NCBI GenBank assembly: GCA_049322255.1
Contig: JBMORE010000103.1
Span: forward strand, 62,001-117,679
Length of the DNA stretch: 55,679 nucleotides
Source: Myxococcota bacterium
Lineage (GTDB): Bacteria > Myxococcota > Myxococcia > Myxococcales > Myxococcaceae
Reading direction: 5' to 3'
Position 1 is the first letter of the stretch; each line of letters begins with the position of its first letter. The notes under the pieces are model-generated. The model worked only from the letters and a program-made list of their open reading frames with translations, did no database searches and was not told where the DNA came from. The position numbers were made by a program, and so were the translations under genes. Positions 29,015 to 37,469 of this stretch are shown here, piece by piece.

Positions 29015-29332
29015 TCAAGACGCCACCGATCGTTCGGACACAGACTTCGGCTTCGGTTCGACCGCCTCCGCTCTCCTCTCCGCGTACTTGCCCACCCGCC
29101 CGCGCGCCAAGACGTAAGCCCCGATGCAGGCAGCATACGGAACGACGTTGATGACCAGCGGCCCGGCCGCGAAGTGGAAGGCGAAGACGCCAAAGACCTC
29201 GAGCGCGACCCCGACGAGCGTCGCGGCCATCGGTATGGCCGAGAGCGCGAGCGCATCCTTTCGGAAGAGCAGGGTGCGGGTCTCGTTGAACAGGAACAGC
29301 CCAAGGGCGGCGGCGATGACGAGCGAGAACAT
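29015..29332 (-). CDS. Small membrane protein (about 3 TM)
   Basis: RBS GGAGG upstream of the ATG and three hydrophobic segments. Confidence 0.65.
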   Translation of the reverse strand: MFSLVIAAALGLFLFNETRTLLFRKDALALSAIPMAATLVGVALEVFGVFAFHFAAGPLVINVVPYAACIGAYVLARGRVGKYAERRAEAVEPKPKSVSERSVAS

Positions 29333-29554
29333 GTGCGGGTACCTCCATCAGCGGGTGATGGGGTCCGCGATTGCAGGCATGGGGCCAGGCGCCAGCGCCC
29401 GGATGTCGCGGGCTTACACGGAGGGCACCATCCCGCGCGTGGACGGTAGGTTCGAGGGCGGGACCCCGTTCGTGGTTTGTCGTTGGTCGTTCGTGGGTTC
29501 GGTGGGGACGAGATGGATGCAAGCGCCCCCAAGCCTCCGTATCGTTCGGGGCCG

Positions 29555-30559
29555 ATGCCGCGTGTTTCGGTTCTCCTGCCCGCGCGCAACGCCGCCGCCA
29601 CGCTGACCGTCGCGGCGCGCAGCGTGTTGGCCGAGGAAATCGACCTGGAGTTGGTCGTGGTCGATGACGGCTCGACGGACGGTACGGCAGAGGTGCTCCA
29701 ACGGCTGGAGGCGGAAGACTCGCGGGTCCGGAAGGTGACCACCGCTGGCCTGGGGCTGGTGGGTGCCCTGCGCGTCGGGCTTTCTCTCTGCCGGGCGGAC
29801 TACATCGCCCGCATGGACGCCGACGATGAGTCGCTCCCCGGGCGAATTCGCAGGAGCGTGGAGGCGCTCGACGCCGATTCGAGCTTGGCCGCGGTCGGCA
29901 CCGGCGTGGAGATTTTTCGGGAGGACCGCCCACCGAGCCCGAACATGCGCGCCTACGCACAGTGGCTCTCCTCGCTCACCACCCCTGAACGACTCTTCGC
30001 CGATCGCTTCGTGGAAAGCCCGCTGTGCCACCCGGCCACCACCCTTCGCCGCTCCATGCTGGAGGCAGTAGGCGGCTGGGAAGAAGGCGACTTCCCCGAG
30101 GACTGGCAGCTGTGGCTCAAGCTCTTGGCGCATGGAGCGCGGCTGGTGTGTTTGCCCGAGGTGCTCTTTCGCTGGCGCGACCACGAGGCACGGCTCACCC
30201 GCACAGCGAACCGGTACGCGCTGCATCGGCACCTGTGGCTCAAGGCGCACTTCCTGGCGACGACCACCCTCCCCGTCGGCCGGCCGATCGTCGTCTGGGG
30301 AGCAGGCGAGGTGGGGCTGGTGCTGGCGCGGCTGCTGCGTGACGAAGGGGTGGAGGTCGCACGCTTCGTCGACGTCCACCCCAAGAAAATCGGCCAGCGC
30401 ATCGATGGCGTTCCGGTCGTTGCCCCGGCCGCACTGGACGCTCCGGGAGAGCTGCACCTGGTCGCCGCCGTCGGCGCCAAAGGAGCACGAGCGGAAATCC
30501 GCACCTTCCTCACCGCGCGCGGCTGGGAAGAGGGCCGCCATTTCACCTGCGCCGCGTAA
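29555..30559 (+). CDS. Family 2 glycosyltransferase with C-terminal Rossmann-like domain
   Basis: VSVLLPARN, VVDDGSTDGT, RMDADD, EDWQLW, WGAG..G. Confidence 0.93.
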   Translation: MPRVSVLLPARNAAATLTVAARSVLAEEIDLELVVVDDGSTDGTAEVLQRLEAEDSRVRKVTTAGLGLVGALRVGLSLCRADYIARMDADDESLPGRIRRSVEALDADSSLAAVGTGVEIFREDRPPSPNMRAYAQWLSSLTTPERLFADRFVESPLCHPATTLRRSMLEAVGGWEEGDFPEDWQLWLKLLAHGARLVCLPEVLFRWRDHEARLTRTANRYALHRHLWLKAHFLATTTLPVGRPIVVWGAGEVGLVLARLLRDEGVEVARFVDVHPKKIGQRIDGVPVVAPAALDAPGELHLVAAVGAKGARAEIRTFLTARGWEEGRHFTCAA

Positions 30560-30596
30560 GCCCGGGTCGGGGGGCTCGTTGCGCGGGACTCCCCCA

Positions 30597-30691
30597 AATC
30601 GTCAACCTCGACAGGTTGACACAAAGTTGACGATTAACGATTTCTCCTCTGAGGAGGGTTGACGATTCGGTTGACGTAGGGGTTGACGATT
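30597..30691. repeat. Cluster of six GTTGAC(GATT) motifs including a perfect palindrome
   Basis: AATCGTCAACC (inverted, 30597), GGTTGAC 30614, GTTGACGATT 30626, GGTTGACGATT 30657, GGTTGACGTA 30669, GGTTGACGATT 30681. Hairpin GTCAACCT-CGAC-AGGTTGAC at 30601-30620. Confidence 0.85.
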
Positions 30692-30792
30692 ACGAGGGGC
30701 CCTCAAAGGGAGACCCGGCAGGTGACACGATGCATTCGCAAGCTTTTGCCGACGCCGAATTTCTCCTCGCAAAATCCGGCCAGCGACTTCGT

Positions 30793-31734
30793 CTAGCGCC
30801 ATGCGCCGTGTGGCGGCTCCACCTGGGCGTGGGTGAAGAAGCGCGCGAGGTCGTGGGGTACCGGCGCCTCGAGCAACACCGGCGCCTTCGTGCGCGGGTG
30901 AGCGAGCACCAGCGCCTGCGCATGCAGAAGAACCCGGGGCGCGCTCAGCCCTCCGGCTCCTTTGGGCCCACCGTAGAGCGCGTCGCCGAGGATGGGCGCA
31001 TCGAGCGCGCGCAGGTGCGCCCGCAGTTGGTGGGTGCGCCCGGTGCGGGGAAAGAGCGCCACCAGGCAGTACACCTCGTCGGCAAAGAGGCGTTCGAAAT
31101 CGGTCACCGCCGGCTTTCCGTTTCCATGACGCAGCGCTCGTTGCCTCCCTGGCCGGGTCGGGTCTTTGGCGATGGGCAGCTCGATGGTGCCGCGCTCCGG
31201 TAGCCCGGGCATGGTGGCGGCGAGGTAGCGCTTGCGCACGGCGCCCTCACGAAACTGCGCCGCCAGCGCCGAGGTGGCCGCCTTCGTCTTGGCAAAAACG
31301 GTGACGCCCGAGGTTTCGCGATCGAGCCGGTGCACCAGCCCGGCATCTCGCCCCAGGTGCGCGCTCACCAAGTCGAGCAGGCTCTCCCCCACCCTGCCTG
31401 GAGTGGGCTGCGCTGAGAGCCCAGGAGGCTTGTTCGCCGCGAGCAGCTCCTCGTCTTCGTAGAGGACCGCCAGGGGCAAAGACGGACGAGCAGGCTCGAG
31501 CCCCCCCCGACCCGATTCTTCGAGAACGGCGGTGACCTTCTGCCCCGCGCGCAGCACGCGCTTGGCCTCCAGGCAGCGGCGGCCGTCGACGTAGACCGCT
31601 CCGAGGGTGACCAGGTGCTCGGCCTGGGCACGCGACACTTTCAGCGTGCGGGCAAGAAACGAGGAGAGCGCCGAGCCCGCCTCTGTCTTCTCCACTTGCA
31701 GCGAACGCCGCTTCATCGGCCGCGCTTGCAGCAT
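30793..31734 (-). CDS. RluA-family pseudouridine synthase with S4 domain
   Basis: NKPPGL, HRLDRETSG, TGRTHQLRAH, PILGD.LYG, LHA. Confidence 0.95.
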   Translation of the reverse strand: MLQARPMKRRSLQVEKTEAGSALSSFLARTLKVSRAQAEHLVTLGAVYVDGRRCLEAKRVLRAGQKVTAVLEESGRGGLEPARPSLPLAVLYEDEELLAANKPPGLSAQPTPGRVGESLLDLVSAHLGRDAGLVHRLDRETSGVTVFAKTKAATSALAAQFREGAVRKRYLAATMPGLPERGTIELPIAKDPTRPGRQRALRHGNGKPAVTDFERLFADEVYCLVALFPRTGRTHQLRAHLRALDAPILGDALYGGPKGAGGLSAPRVLLHAQALVLAHPRTKAPVLLEAPVPHDLARFFTHAQVEPPHGAWR

Positions 31735-31742
31735 GGGCGCGC

Positions 31743-32585
31743 GTGGAACGCAAGGGACAGCACGTCTTCAAGGCACGCCCTACCGTTGCGAAAGTGAGCT
31801 TCGACGAGTTTCTCCGCCAGGCATGCCCGCCGCTCGACCTCGAGTGGCGCCGCTACCGCCGCCGCTCGGCCCGCCACCGGGTGCAGGCGCGCATGCAACA
31901 GCTGGGGCTTTCCGACTACGGCGATTACCTCGCCCGGGTGAAGAGCGACTCCGGCGAAGCGGCGGGGCTGGCCAACCTGATGCGCGTCACCATCACCCGC
32001 TTCTTCCGCGAGCGGACGATGTGGGAGTCGCTCGCCCAGGTGGTGCTCCCTCGACTCGTCATGGAGCTTTCCGAGGGCACGCCGCTTCGCGCCTGGAGCG
32101 TGGGTGCCTGCGGGGGAGAGGAGCCCTACAGCCTGGTCCTCCTGTGGAGCGAGCTCTCTTTCGGCCCCCCTCTGGAGCTGCTCGCGACCGACATCGACGA
32201 GGCAAGCCTTCAGCGCGCGCGAGGTGGCCGATACCGTCCCGCCACCTTGCGCGAAGTCCCTGCCGAGCTTCGGGCACGCTTCTTCACCCGGGTGGGGAAC
32301 TTTTTCGAGGTCGACCGGGCGGTCAAAGACCAGGTGCGCTTCGAGCGGAAAGACCTGCTCACTGACCCCACGCCCCGACGCGTCGACTTGGTGCTTTGCC
32401 GCTATCTCGCCTTCACCTACTTCACCGGAAAGCGGCGCCTGCGTGCGGAGGAGCGCCTACGTGGTGCGATGCGCACCGGGGGAGCACTGATGCTCGGCGC
32501 CAAGGAGCACCCGCCGAGCGGCCGCCTCTTCGCCCCCTGGCCCGGCGCGTCAGGCTTCTTCCGCGCTCTCGAGGGAGTTGACTAA
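31743..32585 (+). CDS. CheR-family protein-glutamate methyltransferase (orphan)
   Basis: TITRFFRE, AWSVGACGGEEPYSL, ATDID, DLVLCRY, GG.LMLG..E. The start may be GTG 31794. Confidence 0.88.
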   Translation: MERKGQHVFKARPTVAKVSFDEFLRQACPPLDLEWRRYRRRSARHRVQARMQQLGLSDYGDYLARVKSDSGEAAGLANLMRVTITRFFRERTMWESLAQVVLPRLVMELSEGTPLRAWSVGACGGEEPYSLVLLWSELSFGPPLELLATDIDEASLQRARGGRYRPATLREVPAELRARFFTRVGNFFEVDRAVKDQVRFERKDLLTDPTPRRVDLVLCRYLAFTYFTGKRRLRAEERLRGAMRTGGALMLGAKEHPPSGRLFAPWPGASGFFRALEGVD

Positions 32586-34116
32586 TCGCCGCGGCGCGCG
32601 CCTCATAGATTGCGTGGAGACTTCTCTTTCCGGGCTGGCCAAACGCCTCGACGACTTTCTCTTCGAGTTGGGCAGCCTGCACTACCGCTACGGTGCCGGG
32701 CTCTCCTCCGAGCTGCCGGTGGCGCAGCTCTACCAGCGGTACCGGGAGCTGGCCCAGCCCGACACCTTCCGCCAGGTGCGACAGACGGTCGAGGACGAGC
32801 GCACCGACGAACGGGTACGCGCAAGGCTGTCTCTTTTGCTCGAATTCCTCGCCGGCCAGGTGGAAGACGCGCTCGCCGCTCCGGCGATGGAGCAGATCGC
32901 CACCCTCGAGGCCACCGCCCAGGTGCCCACCGCCGAGGGCGTGCTCCCTTTTCGCGAGGCGACGGCCCAGCTGGCGCATGAGCCCCAACGCGAGCGCCGC
33001 GCCCATCTGGAAAAAGGGCTGGGCGACCTTTTGTGGGAAAACCAGGGGCCGTATGCGCGGCGCCGTGAAGCAGCGACCCGCACCGCCGAGGTACTTGGCT
33101 ACCCTTCCTACCTCACGCTGCGCGACGGGGTGACCGGCTTTTCCGCCGAGAAGCTCGCCGCGGCCTGCACCGGCGTCCTCTCTGAGACGGAGGACGCCTT
33201 CCGCGACCTGCTCACCTACGTGCTCAAGAAGGTCGACCCTTCGCTCAAGCCCGCGCAGGCCAGGCGGCACGACTTGCAGTACGCCTCCACCGCCCCGTGG
33301 ATGGCGCAGCACTTCCGCCGCGAAGATTTGCTGCCTTCGGTCACCCGCTGTCTTTCCGAGATGGGGCTCAAGCCCAACGCCGACGGGCGCATTCTTTTCG
33401 ACACCGAGGACCGGCCGGGGAAAACCTCCCGCGCCTTCGTCGCCGACCTGCGTGTGCCCGACGAGATTCGCCTGGTGGCGCGGCCGCTGGGAGGCTTGGG
33501 CGACTATTTCGCGCTCCTCCATGAACTCGGCCACGCGCAGCAGCGCGCCCACGTCCTACGCACCGCGCCCGTGGAGGAGCGGCGGTTGGGCGACCTTTCG
33601 GTCACCGAAGGCTTCGCCTACCTCTTCGACCACCTGCTCCTCGACGAAGGCTGGCACAAACGTTTCCTACGCCTGCCGCCGACGGTCGCCCGCGAGGCCG
33701 CCCGGCTGGCAGCGTTCAACAACCTGTGGCTCTTGCGACGCTACGCAGCGAAGTTGCCCTACGAGCTGTCCCTCTACGAGCGGGGGCCGGAGCGGCCGCT
33801 GGCCGAGGAGTACGAGGAGCGCCTGGGCGCCGCGCTCTTCGTCGGCGTGCACAAGGGCTTCTTCCTCTACGACGTCGATGCGCAGCTGTACGCTACCCGC
33901 TATCTGCGGGCGTGGGCCCTCGAAGCGCGGCTGCACGCCGTGTTGTGCGACCGCTTCAACGAGGACTTCTGGCGTAACCCAGCCACCGGCGCCTGGCTCC
34001 AGAGCCTCTTTTCCCGCGGCCAGCGCGACAGTGCCGAAGTGATGGCCGAGCAGCTGGGCGCGCCTCTGTCGCTCTCCGAGGCAGGGAGCCGGCTCGTTCA
34101 GGTGATGGGAGCCTAA
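32578..34116 (+). CDS. M3/zincin-like metallopeptidase
   Basis: DTEDRPGK..RAF, HELGH zinc motif, downstream E (TEGFA) and Y..RY. Confidence 0.8.
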   Translation: MTNRRGARLIDCVETSLSGLAKRLDDFLFELGSLHYRYGAGLSSELPVAQLYQRYRELAQPDTFRQVRQTVEDERTDERVRARLSLLLEFLAGQVEDALAAPAMEQIATLEATAQVPTAEGVLPFREATAQLAHEPQRERRAHLEKGLGDLLWENQGPYARRREAATRTAEVLGYPSYLTLRDGVTGFSAEKLAAACTGVLSETEDAFRDLLTYVLKKVDPSLKPAQARRHDLQYASTAPWMAQHFRREDLLPSVTRCLSEMGLKPNADGRILFDTEDRPGKTSRAFVADLRVPDEIRLVARPLGGLGDYFALLHELGHAQQRAHVLRTAPVEERRLGDLSVTEGFAYLFDHLLLDEGWHKRFLRLPPTVAREAARLAAFNNLWLLRRYAAKLPYELSLYERGPERPLAEEYEERLGAALFVGVHKGFFLYDVDAQLYATRYLRAWALEARLHAVLCDRFNEDFWRNPATGAWLQSLFSRGQRDSAEVMAEQLGAPLSLSEAGSRLVQVMGA

Positions 34117-34119
34117 ACG

Positions 34120-34140
34120 CCCTCTCCCTTGGGGAGAGGG
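34120..34140. repeat. REP-like palindrome or terminator
   Basis: CCCTCTCCC-TTG-GGGAGAGGG between convergent genes. A related copy lies at 51677-51710. Confidence 0.7.
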
Positions 34141-34148
34141 GCGAAGGA

Positions 34149-34475
34149 CTACTTCTTCTTCCTCAGCGCGCGAACGATCTTCTCCTTCGCTGCGTTGCGA
34201 GGAACGACCACCTTGGCGGCGACCGCCTTACCCTTGGCCAGCTGCGCCCGGTGGGCACGCAAAAGCTGCATCTCGATGAGGAGCAGCTCGTCGGCCAGCT
34301 CCTGGTTTCTTCCCGCCGCAGAAGGCAGCGGGGCCGCGAGGGCGGGCACCGAAACGCCGTGCCGCATGCGCAGCGCCTTCTCCTCCTCCGAGGTCAACGT
34401 CTTCGCCTTGCTCAGCGCCCCCCTCACCTCTTCCGCCGTCACCGCCACCATCGTGCTTCCACCCTTGCGCTCCAT
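34149..34475 (-). CDS. Small basic protein with a sigma70 region-4.1-like segment
   Basis: RBS GAGGAG. LTSEEEKALRMRHG resembles RpoD LTPREEKVLRMRFG. Confidence 0.75.
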   Translation of the reverse strand: MERKGGSTMVAVTAEEVRGALSKAKTLTSEEEKALRMRHGVSVPALAAPLPSAAGRNQELADELLLIEMQLLRAHRAQLAKGKAVAAKVVVPRNAAKEKIVRALRKKK

Positions 34476-34535
34476 CGTCGTCTCCTCACTGAACACTTGC
34501 GTATGTCGGACGCGGCCGACCCGCTACCTTCTGCG

Positions 34536-34563
34536 ATTGTAGGGAGGGAGCAAGACCGGTCAA
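34536..34563 (-). promoter_or_regulatory. sigma70 promoter
   Basis: Minus strand TTGACC-16 bp-TACAAT. Confidence 0.65.
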
Positions 34564-34607
34564 TTTTTTGGCCGCACAACTCGGAAGCACCCTGTAGCCA
34601 AGGGCAC

Positions 34608-35141
34608 TTAGAGCCGAAACCCCAACCCCAAGTAGGCCGAGGTCACCTGTATCCGCCGGGCAGCGAACAGCTCGGCTGCAAAAGGGTAGTTGAAGTAGCG
34701 GCCCTCGGCGTTCAGGTCGAGCTTGGGGCCCAGGCGCACGCCCACCCCAGCAGCCAACTGCGCCCCCACCCGCAAGACGCCCCCTGACTCACGCAGCGCG
34801 TGGACATACTCCCCCGGGTGGGAAACCATGAGGCTCGCTCCCAGCCCCAGGTAGGGCTGTACCGCCCGGTCGGCAAAAGGCATCAGCTGCACCGACAGCG
34901 GCGTCGCCTCGGTGAAGGCCAGGCTGCTCGCCACGTGCCCGCCCACCGACGCCAGCGACGAGGCGCTGCGAAAGCGCCAGGCCAAGGTGGCGCTGTAGCC
35001 GGCGACCGGCTCGGTGCCCCCGCCCATGGCGAAGGCACCCACCGGCGACACCGTCACGCCCAGACTCCGTGTGCCCTCCGCCTGCGCGGTGGGCGCCATC
35101 AACCAAACTGCGAGCGATAGGGACAAGGCGAAACGGCGCAT
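34608..35141 (-). CDS. Small outer-membrane beta-barrel protein
   Basis: Signal peptide, QPYLGLG, AGVGVRL and C-terminal LGLGFRL. Confidence 0.78.
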   Translation of the reverse strand: MRRFALSLSLAVWLMAPTAQAEGTRSLGVTVSPVGAFAMGGGTEPVAGYSATLAWRFRSASSLASVGGHVASSLAFTEATPLSVQLMPFADRAVQPYLGLGASLMVSHPGEYVHALRESGGVLRVGAQLAAGVGVRLGPKLDLNAEGRYFNYPFAAELFAARRIQVTSAYLGLGFRL

Positions 35142-35286
35142 CGACCCGCCGTCTCAAGCAAGCCGAGGACCAACGAGATTTCCTTTTGGGCATGCCCGGT
35201 TGCGCACAGAGACGTGGCCTTGGGTCCCACAGTGCCTGACATGAAGATCATGCTCGCACCTGACAAGCCCGCCAGCCAAACCGGCT

Positions 35287-36348
35287 CTACTCGTCGTCGG
35301 GCGGGGCGGCCTCGGAGGAAGAAGCAGGAGCACCAGCGTCGGTCCGGCCCCCGCGCGGAAAGCCGAACCGATCGAGGGCCTCGGTGATGCCCACCGGCTT
35401 GTCCTGGTCGGGGAGAGGCTCTTTGGGACGCGACAAGCCAGGGTCCTTGCCGACGTCGGTCATCACCGCGTCGAGCTTGAGGTGCAGGTGGGCGTCGCCG
35501 CCGTCGCTGCTCACTGCGAGCCGGCCGTCGAGCCGTGCTTTGAGAACCACCGAAGTCTGAGCGTCCACCAGCACCTCTCCCTGGAGCGAGCGCGGCTCTC
35601 GTTGGTCGAAGAAGGCCAACCGAAGCCGGGTGGTTGGATCGGCCTCCCCCTTGGGGTAGGTGGGCGGTGGAAGCACCTCCTCCGACGAGCCGGCCATCGG
35701 CGGCCCCAGTGAAACGGTGTACCGCCAGGCGGTGCGGCCCTCGTGGGTCACCGTACCTGAGGGAGCGAGCGCAAGCCGCCCGCGAAAGAGGGCGTCGATT
35801 TCCTTCACCGCGCCGAAAATCTCCTCGCGCTCGCGCTCGGCGATGCCGCGGTCACGCCGACGTTGGCGAAACTTGCCGTGCCGGCTCTTGGCGAACACCT
35901 CGCCGTGCACGCGTAAGACCTCCAGCCCTTGCTCGCGTGAGTTCTCGATGACGCCGTGAAAATCGCCGTTCACCCCTCCCGGGCCGGCGCGCAAGGTGCG
36001 TGTCTCCACGAGCCTTACGGTGCGAGCGTTGCCGGTCCACTCGAAGGTGACGGTGGCCTGGTAGTGATGGGGCCCAATGCGCTCGGTGGCCTCGGCGGCG
36101 CCCATGCCCAAGATGCGCCGGGCGATGCGCGGATGGGCGGCCACCTCCTCGGGCGGGAGCCGTTCGGCGGCCGACGTCACCGCGGGGGGCGGGCTTTCGG
36201 GCGAGAAGATACGTGCCTTGGCCGCCTGGTCGACGCTGTCGGAGCACCCCGCGGCCACCACCAGCACCGCCGCGCGCCACCATCGATGCGAGGTCAAAAA
36301 CGTCTCCTTGTGGGCGCCGAAGGTACGCGGCAGCGGTGGGGTTGCCAA
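35287..36348 (-). CDS. Hypothetical lipoprotein
   Basis: Lipobox AAGC in a long coding-like ORF. Start uncertain. Confidence 0.7.
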   Translation of the reverse strand: MATPPLPRTFGAHKETFLTSHRWWRAAVLVVAAGCSDSVDQAAKARIFSPESPPPAVTSAAERLPPEEVAAHPRIARRILGMGAAEATERIGPHHYQATVTFEWTGNARTVRLVETRTLRAGPGGVNGDFHGVIENSREQGLEVLRVHGEVFAKSRHGKFRQRRRDRGIAEREREEIFGAVKEIDALFRGRLALAPSGTVTHEGRTAWRYTVSLGPPMAGSSEEVLPPPTYPKGEADPTTRLRLAFFDQREPRSLQGEVLVDAQTSVVLKARLDGRLAVSSDGGDAHLHLKLDAVMTDVGKDPGLSRPKEPLPDQDKPVGITEALDRFGFPRGGRTDAGAPASSSEAAPPDDE

Positions 36349-36371
36349 GGTTCGACTACAATCGTGTCCCC

Positions 36372-36872
36372 ATGCAGAACCTGCGCGACAAGCTGCTCAA
36401 GGCTGGGTGGGGCTCCCAGACGCGCATCCCCAAGCTCCCTGCCTTGCCCGGCAGCAAGGCACACCAGCGGGAGGAGGCCGCCAAGCAACGGGAGATGGAC
36501 GGCAAGCTGCGCGCGCTGGTGTTGGAGAACCAGCTGCCCCTCGAGCCGGGCCCACAGACCTTCCACTTCGTCACCCGCAAAGGAAAGCTGCGGCGGCTGG
36601 AGCTCACCGAAGGTCAGGCCAAGCTCCTCGAGGAGGGCAAGCTGGCGGTGGTCGAGCGACAGGACCCGGACAAAATCGACCACGCCCTGGTGCCCTCCGC
36701 CGTCGCCGAGCAGATGCTCGTGCTCTTTCCCAAGGCGGTGCGTTTTTTCAACCGGCCCGAAGCGCCGGTGGGTTTTCTTCAAGAAGAAGCCGAGCAGCCT
36801 GAAGAGCCCTCGAGCGCCGAGGAGCCCTCCGGAGAAACCTTCATCCCCGTGAAGCGCGCGCCGAGCACCTAG
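36372..36872 (+). CDS. DUF2058 (YaiL-like) family protein
   Basis: MQNLRDKLLKAG, FHF, L..GKLAVV, LVP..VAE. Confidence 0.75.
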   Translation: MQNLRDKLLKAGWGSQTRIPKLPALPGSKAHQREEAAKQREMDGKLRALVLENQLPLEPGPQTFHFVTRKGKLRRLELTEGQAKLLEEGKLAVVERQDPDKIDHALVPSAVAEQMLVLFPKAVRFFNRPEAPVGFLQEEAEQPEEPSSAEEPSGETFIPVKRAPST

Positions 36873-36902
36873 GGTGAGCATCTTTTCGCCCGGAGGTGAG
36901 CG

Positions 36903-37466
36903 ATGCGCAGAGCGTGGCTGGGGGTGGCGGCGCTGGCACTTGCGGGAACTGCACAGGCGAGACGATTCGACGTAATGGCGCAGGGCGGGGTGGGGCAGTT
37001 CACCGGCGGGCTGGTCCAGTTCACCGAAACCGGCCCGACGTGGGGCGTCTCGGTGAACGCCGACGTGTACCGCGCGCTTCAAGTCGAGCTCGGCTATCAG
37101 GGCTCGTTCAACGTCCTCAACGGCGTCGACGATGACGCGCCCGCACCGCCGGCCTTGGTGCGGCATGGCGGGGAGATGTTGGTGCGGGTGTCTCCGCGCG
37201 CGCTGCCCGAGGTACGGCCCTTCGTCGGAGCCGGCTTGGGCTTAAGCCAGTTGAGCGTGGCGGGAGCGCTTCCCGGCTTTCGTGCCGATGTGCTCGAGGA
37301 GCTGCCCTTGGCGGCAGGCGTCGATTTCCGCTCCGGAGCGTTGCACCTGGGGCTTCGCACCACCTTCCGCGTGCTCTTTGGAGAAGGCTTCGCCGACGTC
37401 GGCTTGCCCGCCAGCCCTCAAGGCGGGCGCTGGGACGTGGGAGCGACCGCGGGCGGGCGGTTCTAG
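36903..37466 (+). CDS. Small outer-membrane beta-barrel protein
   Basis: RBS GGAGGTG, signal peptide, ELGYQGS, RPFVGAGLG and C-terminal GRF. Confidence 0.8.
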   Translation: MRRAWLGVAALALAGTAQARRFDVMAQGGVGQFTGGLVQFTETGPTWGVSVNADVYRALQVELGYQGSFNVLNGVDDDAPAPPALVRHGGEMLVRVSPRALPEVRPFVGAGLGLSQLSVAGALPGFRADVLEELPLAAGVDFRSGALHLGLRTTFRVLFGEGFADVGLPASPQGGRWDVGATAGGRF

Positions 37467-37469
37467 CCG

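Noticed and set aside
30597..30691. CRISPR array
   Set aside because: The repeats are only 6-11 bp with mostly 1-5 bp gaps, there are no spacer-sized unique units, and no cas genes are in the window.
35187..35204. sigma54 promoter-like GGCATGCCCGGTTGC
   Set aside because: GG-GC spacing is 11 rather than 10, and no plus-strand gene lies downstream.
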